Shown: positions 10,960-22,444 of the stretch, piece after piece
How positions within the stretch are numbered: position 1 is the stretch's first letter
Layout of the letters: every line of letters starts with the position of its first letter
DNA from: Chiloscyllium plagiosum
Taxonomy: Eukaryota
Reading direction: 5' to 3'
DNA: 40,806 nucleotides
NCBI RefSeq assembly: GCF_004010195.1
Contig: NC_057719.1
Location: 35,031,537 to 35,072,342 of the forward strand
Translations under genes and position numbers: made by a program
Notes under the pieces: model-generated
Database searches by the model: none
Seen by the model: the letters and a program-made list of their open reading frames with translations, nothing else
What the model was told of the DNA's origin: nothing

Positions 10960-11705
10960 TGAGTCATCAGATGTCATATAGATATACAGCATGGAAACAA
11001 GACCATTTGGTCCAACTTGTCCATGCCGACCAGATATCCTAAATTAACCTAGTCCCATTTGCCAGCATTTAGCCCATATCTCTCTAAACCCTTCCTATTC
11101 ATATACCTTTCAGGATGCCTTTTAAATGCTGTAATTATACCCCTCCACCACTTCCTCTGGCAGCTCATTCCATACACGCACTACTCTCTGCATGAAAATG
11201 CTGCCCCTTAGATCCCTTTTAATTTTTTCCCCTCTCACTTTAAATCTATGCCCTCTAGTTTTCAACTCCCCCACCCTGGGGAAAAGATCTTGTCTATTTA
11301 ACCTATCCATTATTTAACCTATCCATGCCCCTCATGATTTTATAAACCCCTATAAGGTCACCCCTCAGCCTCCAATGCTCAAGGGAAAACAGCCCCAGCC
11401 TATTCAACCTCTCCCTGTAGCTCAAACCCTCCAACTTTAGCAACAGCCTTGTAAATCTTTTATGAACCTTTTCAAGTTTCACAACATCCTTCCTATAGCA
11501 GGGAGACCAGAATTGTATGTAGTATTCCAACAGCGGCCTAACCAATGTCCTGTACAGCCGCAACATGACCTCCCAACTCCTATACTCAATGCACTGACCA
11601 ACAAAGGAAAGCATACCAAATGCCTTCTTCGCTTTCCTGTCTACCTGGGACTCCACTTTGAAGGAACTATGAACCTACATTCCAAGGTCTCTTTGTTCAG
11701 CAACA
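10960..11705 (-). mobile_element. 5'-truncated CR1-like LINE (RT C-terminus + 3' UTR)
   Basis: ORF 11303-11656 LYRTLVRPLLEYYIQFWSP..RLGLFSLE and ORF 11122-11310 TRGHRFKVRG; 16-bp tandem duplication tatttaacctatccat near 11295-11326. Confidence 0.92.
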
Positions 11706-11999
11706 CAAGCAGTAATATTTTCACTTGATTTGAACCCAAGTTCATTGCCGAGTTCATTTGCATCTCAATACCAGTTATGATGATAGTGATGATGATATAT
11801 GGAAATATACACTTAATTATCAGAAAAATTAATAGAATTATTTCTAATCTATATTTTTACATGGTGCTCATCAGACACTCATTAAACATAATTTAACAGC
11901 CAAATTCAGACTATTGCTCCAGTTAAGTGCGATAAAAATTGCTGATATATCATTTGAAAATTTTCATTCTACAGTAAAGATAAATGAGTTTTGGTTTTC

Positions 12000-13517
12000 G
12001 TTCTGCGAAGGGCACTTGTTTTTTTTTATCGCCAAGAGGCCAGAAAGTCATTTTTGACCAATGATTTCAATCATTATTTCCAAGAAAGCCAGTCACTTAA
12101 GCAAAACGACTAGCAAGCAACTTGGGCACTTAAGCCGAAAGTGTACCTACCGATGGTAAGGGGCTACAATCAGGTGTAGATGAAAGTACATGATTCATAA
12201 TAGGAGAAGGTTGCTAGGCAATCTGAGTTGGAAAAGGAGTCTGAAACAGTCCTCGCAGTTAGTTAGACGAGGCTTTTTGAAACATTCTGTTCAGAAAAGT
12301 CAGTGAATTAGCAGGTATCTGCAACTCAGGTACAGACAGTAACATAAAGTTGACATCTGTTGAATGTGCAAAATGTCTGAAAATTTAAATGTTTGTAACT
12401 GTTGAATAAGCAATAAAAAGAATGCTAAGATGGGAATGATATTTCACTAACTAACTGTCGGTAAAAGATAATTCTGGGGAAAAGGGCTGACTCTTTATTT
12501 TTGTTTGAAATAATATTACTTATGTAAGCTATGTGATTAAAATGAACAATTAACACATATGCATCATATTACAACTTTGGATTTTGAACTAGCAGCATGG
12601 GGATTATGATATATGTACATAGGTGGTTTAATAATTAACTTATCAGTTTTCAGAGCCATGATTTTTTGGACTGTTAACAGGAATTTATTTGCGCTGAGAG
12701 TGTTTTATAATTGAAGGGAGTAAACATTGAAAGGTGCTAGCCTGTTTTTTGGGTTTCAAAGAATAAAAGAATGATTTTCTTTTGCTGGTGGAGAAAAATC
12801 CCATAAACTGGGAAGCTTTTCGTTTCAATTTTCATCAGACTTGGATGAAGTTAGGTCCAAGAATAATTTTGTCTCAAGAAAGGAATCTGTTCAGCATAGT
12901 TAAGGATAGAAAATATTCAGTGCTTCAAGTCTACTCCACCATTCAATATGATTGTTTCTGATCATTCAACTCCGTACCCTGTTCCCTCTTTCTCTCCACA
13001 CTCTTTCATCCCTTTAGCCCTAAAAACTATATCAACCTTCTTTTTGAAAGCATACAATGTTTTGGCCTCAACTGCTTTCTGTGGTAGAGATTTTCATAGG
13101 CTCATCACCCTCTGCGAGAAGAAATTTCTCCTTATCTCAGTCCTAAATGGTTTGGTCAGAAACCTGTATGGTTTATTTGAACCTAAGAGAACTTAAACTC
13201 AGTTGTGTGACTAATCAACACTGTCAAGGATTTGAAAGGAACATTTAAGTCAGATGTGATAGAGAAAGGAAGTCTGATAGTGGAGTACTGTAAAGTGATG
13301 GTGTTGTGGACAGATGAGATTACATTTTATTTTACTGTGTATTTTTAAATCTTAAAATAGTTTTATATCTAAATAGTTTAGTTTATTTTGTCTTCATTTC
13401 TTTTGCAAAATAAACTTTTGTATTATTGTTAAAACTAAATCAGAGTGAAATACGACCTTGATAGTTCAGATTTTTCTTGTTAACCTATCAAGCCAGGATT
13501 CACTCTGGGATCAGAAC
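12000..13517. mobile_element. Possible old solo LTR with a nested CR1 tail
   Basis: Ends GTTCTG ... CAGAAC are inverted; AATAAA plus a T-rich segment near 13410. No TG..CA ends or clear TSD. Confidence 0.3.
12920..13152 (-). mobile_element. CR1-like 3' tail fragment
   Basis: ccaccattcaatatgattgtttctgatcat...gaagaaatttctccttatctcagtcctaaatgg, reverse-complement CR1 end. Confidence 0.7.
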
Positions 13518-13710
13518 TAAAAACAGAAATTGCGACAAAAACTCAACAGGTTTGGCAGCATCTTGGGAGATGAATCAGAGTTAACGTTTCAGGTCCAGCG
13601 ATTCCTCTTCAGAACACAGATCTCTCCATAGATGCTGCCAGATCTGCTGAGTTTTTCCAGCAATTTTTGTCTTTGTTTCTATTCTCCAGCATTTGCAGTT
13701 CTTTCATTTT
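13518..13710. mobile_element. Fold-back Penelope pLTR-derived element (family B) with degenerate hammerhead on the - strand (13583-13612)
   Basis: aaattgcgacaaaaactcaacaggtttggcagcatct is inverted to agatgctgccagatctgctgagtttttccagcaattt; minus strand reads GUU-CUGAAGA-GGAAUCGCUGGACCU-GAAACGUU-AAC. Confidence 0.75.
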
Positions 13711-13719
13711 TTTTCGCTC

Positions 13720-14340
13720 TGTAGCAAGCAATTTACTACCTGACTCCTCAAAGCACATCCACTATTTAGAAAGCATCCGAAATGTGATGGAGTAACAATA
13801 TATTTCCACTATACAGCACTAGCAATATATTACTTGCTGCAGGATCCCTAGCCTTTGACCAACTCTTGAAGCCATATAGTATTTATTCAGCCGGTCCAAT
13901 TCTTTTTCGGGTTAATGGTGAATCCAATTCCCCTAGGATCATGGGAAATTCACCGATAGAAATGGAGTTCCATTTGTGCGATACAGATTTAACTTGGCAT
14001 TTGTCAGCACAAAACTGGATATTGTCCATGTCTTACTACATTTGGAAAGGGACTGATTAAGTATCTGGGGAGTCAAACACAGTGTAATCATCAGTGAATA
14101 TCCACTTCTGACATTTTCAAGGAGGGAAGATCATTGATAAAGCAGTTGATTGGGCCTAGGACACTCCTGCAGTAACGTTGTACATCTGAGATGACTGACA
14201 TCCAACAAACTCAATCATCTTCCTTTGTGTCAGATATGACTACACCCAGCAAAGAGTTTTCTTCATGAATCTCATTGATTCTTGCTTTTTCAAAACTCTT
14301 CGATGCCATACTTTGTCAAATACTGCCTTGATGTCAGTAT
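13720..14340. mobile_element. Highly decayed LINE (L2/CR1 clade) fragments
   Basis: Remnant RT-like sequence, for example tactgccttgatgtc = D-I-K-A on the - strand; boundaries uncertain. Confidence 0.45.
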
Positions 14341-14516
14341 AAGTACTTGAAGATTCTTATATCAAATGGATAACTAACAAATTATCATCTGATAAATGGG
14401 ACTCGTTACATATTAAGACAAAAAACAATTTTTTTTGTTCCTACATTAGATGTTGATGTTGCTCGCTAAGCCTGCAGCTACAACTGATTCGTAATTGCCT
14501 TCCCTCCTCCCATTAC

Positions 14517-14658
14517 CTTTTGTCCTCTTTTCAAAGGCTGTTGAGAAGATAATGATTTTTTTGTATCCTGTTCTTCCACAGATTGTGATTTTCTAGTTTC
14601 TAACTGAATTATTTGTTCAGAGTCCTCAGGCGCCAGTTTTTTCTTTCTCTTCATTTCT
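14517..14658 (-). CDS. NEMF: NEMF exon 10: EMKRKKKLAPEDSEQIIQLETRKSQSVEEQDTKKSLSSQQPLKRGQK
   Basis: Conserved ends EMKKKK and QPMKRGQK; ttccag acceptor, GTAATG donor; 142 nt, phase 2 to 0. Confidence 0.95.
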
Positions 14659-15170
14659 CTGGAAAATCAAAAGAAATTCATTCCATCATACCTCCTCTTC
14701 CATTTCAAACACAATAGCGCAAATTAGCCAAGATAATTGTTGCTAATTCAATATCAACTAAACTCACTTTCAACCAGCAATTGAACATTTGTTTAACTTA
14801 GTCAATGAATAGGCCTTTCTTATTCTTCCTTTTTTAGTTCTTGCTAACTAAATATAATTTCTGTTCTGAATAAAAATAAAGAAAAGCAAAACAAAAGGCA
14901 TCAGGATACACAGGAGATGCTGAAGTTACACTGCTTTAAACTGAATGCACTCCTTTATGAGTGAAGTCAACTGGATAATACTGGGTTTAAGTAATCAGGA
15001 TCATCAATAAAAACTGTAAAGCACACGTTAACTTAGTTCATCAGCATTTGTTTGGTGAAAACCAGAGAAAATAGTTACAAGTCATGGATCTTACTACTAA
15101 TCCCTCAATACAAAAATTCTGAAAGTTCAGATATTCTATCAATGACTAGTACAGGCACATATCAGGTAAA

Positions 15171-17499
15171 GGGGGAAAATCAACTAGGAGAAAGTGAGGA
15201 CTGCAGATGCTCAAGATCAGAGTCGAGGGTGTGGTGCTGGAAAGGCACAGCAGGTCAGGCAGCATCAGAGGAGCAGGAGAATCGACGTTTCGGGCATAAG
15301 CCCTTCATCAGGAATGAGACATCTGGGCCAGGGGGACTGAGAGATAAATGGGAGGGGGCTGTAGTTGGCAGGGGAAGGTAGCTGAAAATGCAATAGGTAG
15401 ATGAAGGTAGGAGAGAAGGTGATAGGTCGGAGAGGAAGGTGAAGCGGATAGATGCAAAAGACGATGGACAGGTCAAGAGGGCGGTGCCGTGTTGGAGGCT
15501 TGGGAATGGGAGAAGATAGGGGGAGGGGAAATCAGGAAACTGGTGATATCCATATTGATCCCATGTGGTTGGAGAGCCCAAGGCAGAGTAGGAGGCATGG
15601 AAGGATGTGGAAGATTCCTTTGGGGCCTTGGGCGGAGGTGTTGTCTAGGTAGCTGTGGGAGCTCGTGGGTTTGTAGTAGATGTCCGTGGTTAATCAGTCA
15701 CCAGAGATGGAGATGGAGGGGTCTAGGAAGGAGAGGGAGGTGTCCAAGATGATCCAGGTGAATTTGAGGTAGGGATGAAAGGTGTTAGTGAAGTTGATGA
15801 ACTGTTCAACCTCCTCATGGGAGTACGGAGGTAGCATCGATACAGTCATCAATGTAGCAGAGGAAAAGATGGGGGATGGTGCCGGTGTAGCTGCCAAAGA
15901 TGGACCTTTCCAATCCCCCTGCGCCATATCTTCATCATGAACATCCAGTCTCCATATACATCTATCCGCCACGTCGAAGGCCTCCAAGCCTTCCATTTCT
16001 TCCTCTCACGCTGTCTCAACAGTTCCCTCCACTGACACCGTCATCCACCTAGCTGAACTGGTCCTCACCCTTAACTTCTCCTTCCAATCCTCCCACTTCC
16101 TCCAAACCAAAGGGGTAGCCATGGGCACCCGCATGGGTCCCAACTATTCCTGCCTCTTTGTCGGGTACATGGAACAATCCATCTTCCACAGCTACACAGG
16201 CACCATCCCCCATCTTTTCCTCCGCTACTTGGATGAATGTATCGGTGCTACCTCGTGCTCCCACGAGGAGATTGAACAGTTCATCAACTTCACTAACAAC
16301 TTTCATCCCAAGCTCAAATTCACCTGGACCATCTCAGACACCTCCCTCCCCTTCCTGGACCTCTCCACCTCCACCTCCATCTCTGGCGACCGAATAACTA
16401 CGGACATCTACTACAAACCTGGACTACAGCTCCTCCCATTTTGCCTCCTGTAAAAACGCCATCCTTTATCCCCAATTCCTCCACCTCCGCCACATCTATT
16501 CCCAGGATGACCAATTCCACCATAGAAAATTCCAGATAGTCTCCTTCTTCAAAGACTGCAATTTCCCCTCCCATGTGGTCGACAATGCCTTCCAACGCAT
16601 CTCACCCACTTGCTGCAACTCTGCCCTTGAATCCCACCCCTCTCAATGCACCAATGTACAGAACACCCCTGGTCTTCACCTTCCATCCCACCAACCTCCG
16701 TATACATTATGGCATCTTTCGCCATCTACAAATGGACCCCACCACTCGGAATATATTTCCCTCCCCACTCCTATTAGCATTTTGGAGAGACTATTCCCTC
16801 TGTGACTCCCTGGTCAGATCCTCACCCCACTCCCAGCACCTTCCCTTGCCATCGCAGGAAGTGCAAAACCTGCACCCACACCTCCCCCTCACCTCCGTCC
16901 AAGGCCCAAAGGATCCTTCCACATCCAAAAGAAATTTAAGTGTACCTCCATAAATATCATCTACTGTAACCATTGCACCAAATGTGGTCTCATCAGGGAG
17001 ACAGGATGCTAACTTGCAGATCATTTCAGAGAACATATCTGAGGCATACGCACAACCAACCCCACTGCTGAATACTTTAACTTCTCCTCCCACTCATCAA
17101 GGACATGCCAAACCCTAACCACTCAACAGCTGGAGGAAGAAGGCCTCATTCTCTGCCTTGGGAACTTGTAACCACACGGAATTAATGTGAATATCATCAG
17201 TTTCCTCATTTTCCTTCCCCTCACCTTATCTCAGTCCCAAGCCTCCAACTCTGCACCACCCTCTTGGCCTGCCCATAGTCTTTCCCATCTATCAGCTCCA
17301 CCTTCCTCTCCGATCCATCACCTTCGCCCCCATCTTCATCGACTTATTGCAATCTCAGCCACCTTCTCCCCAGCCCCAACCCTCTCCCATTTATCTCTCA
17401 GCATCATTCCTGGTGAAGGGCTTATGCCCAAAATGTTGATTCGCCTGCTCCTCGGATGCTGCCTGACCTGTTGTGCTTTACCAGCATCACACTAATTGA
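15171..17499. mobile_element. Penelope-like retrotransposon with inverted architecture: - strand pLTR + RT piece (~15186-15895) joined to + strand RT, GIY-YIG and pLTR (~15900-17492); dead
   Basis: PLE RT motifs KGVAMGTRMGPNYSCLFVGYME, RYLDECIG, PFLDL, TDIYYKP; GIY-YIG-like IIYCNHCTKCG near 16955; inverted pLTRs at both ends; TSD cacatatcaggtaaa (15156-15170) / cacacatcaggtaaa (17500-17514). Confidence 0.9.
15284..15311 (-). ncRNA. Minimal type I hammerhead ribozyme motif with intact core, on the NEMF sense strand
   Basis: CUGAUGA-A-GGGC-UUAU-GCCC-GAAACGUC. Confidence 0.72.
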
Positions 17500-17552
17500 C
17501 ACACATCAGGTAAAAGCTTCTTTATTTTACAACATTTCTAAATGAAACTCAC

Positions 17553-17602
17553 TTCCTTTCTTTGACCGATAGGTGTTTCCGACTTTGTGATTTCCCATCA
17601 AC
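17553..17602 (-). CDS. NEMF: NEMF exon 9: VDGKSQSRKHLSVKER(K)
   Basis: Matches DSKSQSRRHLSAKERR; ttacag acceptor, GTGAGT donor; 50 nt, phase 0 to 2. Confidence 0.94.
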
Positions 17603-18823
17603 CTGTAAAAAGAAACAAGTTTTTGACCTTGATTTACTTGGATGTGGCAAACTCATAACTGACACTGACAATAATATTACAAATGAAGCATATCATAGGA
17701 TAAAACTAATTACATGTATACCAGAAGTACAATTAAAGAGAAAATACACTGAGACACCACATAAATGTCATTAACATGGCCAGCACGAAACAAAAATATT
17801 TTAGCACATTTCTAATTGAAAATGAATCTGAGATCTGAGAGTTAACTCACCTATTAAAAAAATACACAAATCAAATCTTAAATCGATGCACGTTATTCAG
17901 CAAAATTGACAAATTCAAAGAATTCTCACTTCAGGGAAAGTAATGAATGGGGCCACTGAATTGGTGGATGTACATACAATAAAGCAATGATATAGAATTA
18001 GAGTCTATACTGGGGAATTGGGTCATGTAATGCAAATGGAAAACTGTCATTTGAAGCTACATGCCAAGATTTGAATCTAGCCAGGTCACAGGACGGAAAT
18101 CTTATGTTGGAACAAAGCAAAGGGAATGCTACATTGCATCTTTAGATAACTTTCATGACCTAAAAATGCTTCTTGCTGACCCTGGATTTCCACATTTGGG
18201 AACATATTAAAATTCTATGGCATAGATATTTGTCAACTTCATGAAAGAAAATCCAAATGACTTTCCATTCTCAAATTTATCAAGTGTTTTAAACCATTCA
18301 GTTTTGCTGGTTTCCTCATCGAGTACCTGGAAAATGCCTTTGAAACAATAGCTTAAATTGTGGTTGAATATTTTCAAGCTTGCTTTAAATTTGTGAATGG
18401 CATCAAAAGAAAGGAACACTTCAATTTTGATATTTGTCACAAACAATGCTATTCATCTTATCTTTGGTTAAGTTACTTGCACCATAAAAACAAAGTGTAC
18501 CACATTTCTGGAAGCAAAGTAGAAAACCATTTGAATTCCAATTTGTGTAATCAATTTGAAGGAAACTACCAATTAAGTACCAATCAGCATAACAAGAATG
18601 TACCTCCTATTAATAACACCAAAATTCAAACTTAATTTGTTTAACCACCCGACAGACCACAGGGACAGATTTGTCCCAACAGACTGAGGTGTGTTCAAAT
18701 CTAAATCAGAAAGGTGAAAAATTAGCATTCTAACTCATTGCAACATTCATAGTAAAACTGAGTTTAATCAAAGAAAATACAAGAACTTATGCACTCTAAA
18801 GTTAAACTAAAGTCGTATTTTAC

Positions 18824-18878
18824 CCATATTTCTTCAATCAGTTCTTCTTTCAATGATGTGTTATGTATCTGGATAGAT
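18824..18878 (-). CDS. NEMF: NEMF exon 8: (R)SIQIHNTSLKEELIEEIW
   Basis: Begins SIQ like recalled human SIQKLASKEE; caacag acceptor, GTAAAA donor; 55 nt, phase 2 to 0, which is needed to bridge the neighbours. Confidence 0.82.
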
Positions 18879-19679
18879 CTGTTGAAAATAAGATTTAATA
18901 TAATAATTAGATCTGTTTTATTATAAGACTCCTAAAGACCCTAATGGTTTGGTAATAATGAAAAAAGTTGCATTATTTACATTTTGAAAATTTGCATATG
19001 TGACATGATGTTTCATTATTGAGGCATAATTAATAGGGGATGACCATAGCACTCAATTCTTGATACCATTATCTCTGACAAATGACGATTTATGCAAAAT
19101 GTTGCCTTCCGGTTATTAGTAGTTAATGTGTTCGACAAGTGTCTAACTGGCATCTACATATGATTTGCCTTTCTCAGCAGTAAATAATGAAGAATAGGCA
19201 CTGTCAGAAATGTGCTCTCAAAACTCATTCACACAGAATAGACATGTCGTGCATTTATCACAAAACTTATGAAATGCACAATAAAGAAGCTTGTTTTATT
19301 AGCTGAAAGTGTCTTACATTTTCAATTACCATTGATACGTGTTTGCAAAACGAACATGCAGATCTGGTGGTAGTGCAAAGTATAAATGAATTAGTGAATG
19401 TGGCTAAAACAGTAGCACCATAGACAAAACTGTGGATAATCAATAATTGGCAATGGATAACATAATCCAACTAGCAGTAAACAAAAAGCCTCTTAATTCC
19501 AGTACAAAGAATATTGAGTATTTAAGTAAGCAAATTTACACTTTAACCTTGGACCGTTGTTACCAGTGGGATATGTAATAATTATTTGTAGCAAAAATAA
19601 GACCAGCTGTAACAGAAGCATTTATGTGTGAGAGATCTGGTTCATGAATTCAATGTGTTAACTCAATTTGTCATAATTT

Positions 19680-19802
19680 CACCGGTAAGCTGGAAAGAAG
19701 GGTGCAGGTTTACGTCTCACTTAGGACCTGAACACAAATATCAAGGCTCACACTGCAATGCAGTAGTGAGGGAGTACTACACTGTCGGAGGTTCAGATGC
19801 CA
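19680..19802 (+). mobile_element. DeuSINE (SacSINE1/AmnSINE-like) fragment
   Basis: aggctcacactgcaatgcagtagtgagggagtactacactgtcggagg resembles the recalled SacSINE1/AmnSINE1 body. Confidence 0.6.
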
Positions 19803-20084
19803 AATGAAATCAAAGAGTCGGTATAGAACCTCAGAAAGCAGAGTTGGTTAAACCAGTTAATGTGGGTCATTGATGAAAGTCTCAAAATCAACCAATACAT
19901 AAGGAATTTAAGTGAAGTATAGTATAGAAGATGATTTAGTTTAGTACAAGGAGCTAAATTCAACATCTGTTACATAAACATATCAAGTCACTGCTACCAT
20001 GAGTTTGTTTTCTAACTGCTTAATAAATCTACTTAGCAGTTAAAGTTGAAGGTAACAAAACTTGTTTTTATACAGTACTATTAA

Positions 20085-20400
20085 ACATAATAGTCTTAAG
20101 GCCCTTCACAGGAACATTATGAAACAAAACACAACACAGGGTCACATAGGGAGATCGAAAGAGGTATGTTTTGTGGAGGAGGGGGCATGTTAATGGCAAA
20201 AGGTGAGTCAGACAGCCAGGGAGGTTTAGGGATGGAATTCTCGACTTGGGGACGAAGCAACCAAAGACATGGCAACCAAATGTGCAGCCAGTGAAAATAG
20301 TGAATGTTCAGCAGGCAGAGAGGAGTGTAGATATTTCAATTGTGTGAAGTTAAAGAAAATTAGAGTTAGGGAGGTGGGCAAGGCTATGGAGAGATAGTGT
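20085..20400 (-). mobile_element. L2-like LINE/SINE 3' tail remnant
   Basis: cttcacaggaacatta...gaggtttagggatggaattc pattern, the reverse complement of a similar tail at ~38110-38410. Confidence 0.5.
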
Positions 20401-20443
20401 AATTTCTCACATATATTTGAAATCCATATTAAATGAAAATTAC

Positions 20444-20990
20444 CTCTTTGACTGAAGATGCGACAGATCAATAGCTGTGTCAGGATAACTAAATTTTGCA
20501 TTTTCTTCTTCATCCTGATCTATCTCAACCTTCTGCAAATCTCCAGAATCGTTCAGATCATCCTCCTTTTTAGCTGGTTTGTCCAATTCATCTTCGGCCT
20601 TGCCCTTTTGGTCGTTTGCAGTCACTTGCACCTCTTTGCACTGCTTGTTATCAGTTTCTGTACTGACCTCTTTCTCATCACCACTACTGCTCTCAGTGTC
20701 CTGGTGATCCGCTGCATCTCTTTGCACCTCTTCATGCTGGTTGTTTTCAGCTTCAGTACTGGTCTCTGTATCATCAGAACTACTGCTATCATCATTGTTC
20801 TGTTGAACATCTGCAACCCTGTGCAGCTCTTTACACTGGTCTTTTCCAGCTTGTGTAGGAGCCTCTTTGTCATCATCACTACTGCTCTCATCCTGCTGAT
20901 CTTCTCCAATCCCCTTCATCTCTTCACAATGATTGTTTCCAGCTTCTGTACCAGTCTCCTTGTTTTCATCGCTACTGCTTTCATCATTGT
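20444..20990 (-). CDS. NEMF: NEMF exon 7: large acidic low-complexity exon with internal 4x tandem repeat, ending FSYPDTAIDLSHLQSK(R)
   Basis: The end matches conserved YPDTTIDLSHLQ. Acceptor aatcag at 20991, donor GTAATT; 547 nt open frame, phase 1 to 2, matching both neighbours. Confidence 0.92.
20600..20990 (-). repeat. Coding tandem repeat, 4 units of 93-99 bp, within NEMF exon 7
   Basis: Anchor ctactgct (AGCAGTAG on - strand) at 20972, 20879, 20780 and 20684; periods 93, 99 and 96 bp. Confidence 0.9.
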
Positions 20991-22444
20991 CTGATTGGGC
21001 TTAACAAAATAGTTTTGAATTACAATTTGCATTAATCATAGTGCATTGATATTAATGAAGCAAATCACATTTTATAATGTAAGCTAAAAATTTAGACAAT
21101 GATGTATGGACACACGAACTGCAAAATTAATACACACACACAAATATATATATTCTGTATATACATTCAATATACAGAAAGTTAAGTTTAACTAATATAG
21201 GTTGTATGGCTATACATAATTCTGATGTTCTCCTCTACACCAATAAAGCAGTAAAATATTATACTCCTGTTTGGAGTCATTATGGAAAGGTTTATAATAT
21301 TATCAAAAGATAGTTCACTTTCTTTTAAGATCATAACTTTCTCATTGCCTAACAGCTCAATGGCTTGAATCTTTGCATTTCAAAAAGTTATCTTTCATAC
21401 TTTTGAATGCTATTGCAGGAGCAGAATTTCAGTGAAAGAAAAGGACAAACCGGAATCATGGCCCATTTTGGGGTAGTAGTGAACCAGAAAACTGTCAATA
21501 TTGGTCTTCATAATTGGTCACTACTTTGAAAGTGGGAGAAATTTCAGGAGTCTGCATATGAACAGTTGAACACAGAAATCTAGATGATTAGATGCTTTAC
21601 CAACTGATGCACTGTTGATGCACCCAATCTGCAATGATTTATAAATTACTGAGCAAGCAAGAACTTACTTTTTCACCAAAAATCTCATATCAGAAACATT
21701 TGACACAAAAAGTTACAACTTGTTGAACAGGGTGCAACTGTTTTTATTGGATGTACTAAGTTCATAATTATTACTGAATTGTATCTGAAAAACAGTTTTG
21801 GAAATCAATCATTGAGGAGAAAGGTGCTAGGGAAGCTGGGAAAAAAAAATTCAATATTTTAAAATCAGTTTAAATGTTTAAAACTTCTACCTTAATCCCA
21901 CGTTTATTTCCAAATTTTGATCTTGCTCTCTGAAGTAATACATTAAATAATGACGATCACCCAAGACATATAGTTAAAACATTTCCAGTATTTAAGATAC
22001 AAATACAAACCAAAACCCAGATTCTTCAAAAAGTTATCAATAGTTCTGTGGAAGAAGATGTCATTGTTTAAAGCAACTGCCATTTTGCAACAAAAGCTTT
22101 TTATTATAGTCACATCGCATGTTTTCAGGCTTGTGCACAATATTTTTAATGTACTCCTGTAGGGCATATTATGCAAATCATAATTCAGCAAGGGAACTGA
22201 AAATGTATGGTAAATTAGGTCACTGAATTTTACTTAGCTCAGGTTTTGATTATCAACAGATTCATCCTTTCTATTTCATATTTCTAAAGAGTAGAATTAG
22301 TGACCAGCCATACAGTTGCTGTAAAGCTATGTATACATCACACCATGCTCATTAAAAACTTTATAACAGATTAATGCTACTGGTATCACTCAAAATGTTG
22401 CATTACAGATGGCAATATTTCGGGTGAAAGTATACCAATAAATA

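Noticed and set aside
20458..20994. 178-aa hydrophobic + strand ORF resembling a membrane protein
   Set aside because: It is the antisense shadow of the acidic, repeat-containing NEMF exon; reverse-complemented GAN/AAN codons give hydrophobic residues.
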